A DNA stretch of 63,742 bases, the filler included, from Collodictyon triciliatum (Eukaryota), in NCBI GenBank assembly GCA_043381765.1. It is 5 parts of 5 records of this genome, joined end to end, with 100 filler letters (N's around TTAATTAATTAA, not from the genome) between each part and the next. Parts side by side here need not be neighbours in the genome. Positions count along the whole stretch, not along the records: positions 59,490 to 63,742 come from JBHJMP010001930.1; 4 more parts are not named here. One strand, written 5' to 3'. The notes beneath the pieces were generated by a model, which made no database searches, was not told where the DNA came from, and was given only the letters and a program-made list of their open reading frames with translations. Positions 63,742-63,742 of this stretch are shown in pieces (the first letter of the stretch is position 1; every line of letters starts with the position of its first letter). Position numbers and translations under genes: made by a program.

Positions 63742-63742
63742 A
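63588..63742. repeat. (AAGAG)/(AG)n/(AAAG)n microsatellite
   Basis: Directly visible at the window end. Confidence 0.92.

Overview
Eukaryotic, AT-rich, intron-dense protist DNA; the gene set is compatible with an amoebozoan but the species cannot be named. The window is not contiguous: it joins five pieces with artificial N44-TTAATTAATTAA-N44 spacers (14778-14877, 29652-29751, 44523-44622, 59390-59489), so synteny across spacers is meaningless. Manual splicing gives about 13 genes. Piece 1 has a Ser-rich unknown, a soluble-cyclase-type (ADCY10/sGC-like) STAND protein and a PhyH-like dioxygenase fused to an NZF/RanBP2 finger and TPR-like repeats. Piece 2 has a secreted LpqC/PHB-depolymerase-like esterase, a GATA factor, NOT2, a pseudokinase-SAM protein and a possible hAT relic. 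Piece 3 has a MORN-repeat gene head-to-head with REV1, then histidine ammonia-lyase. Piece 5 has an RNF5/RNF185-like RING ligase and a divergent Rab32/38-like GTPase. The highlight is piece 4: one ~13 kb gene encoding LRR array - Roc GTPase - COR - DUF4062 (TIR-like) - NACHT/STAND ATPase - helical/TPR-like - SAM-like. It looks like a kinase-less Roco fused to an NLR-like module, with an LRR sensor built from phase-0 exon cassettes, and is a candidate protist immune receptor. All domain calls are motif recognition by eye, not database hits.
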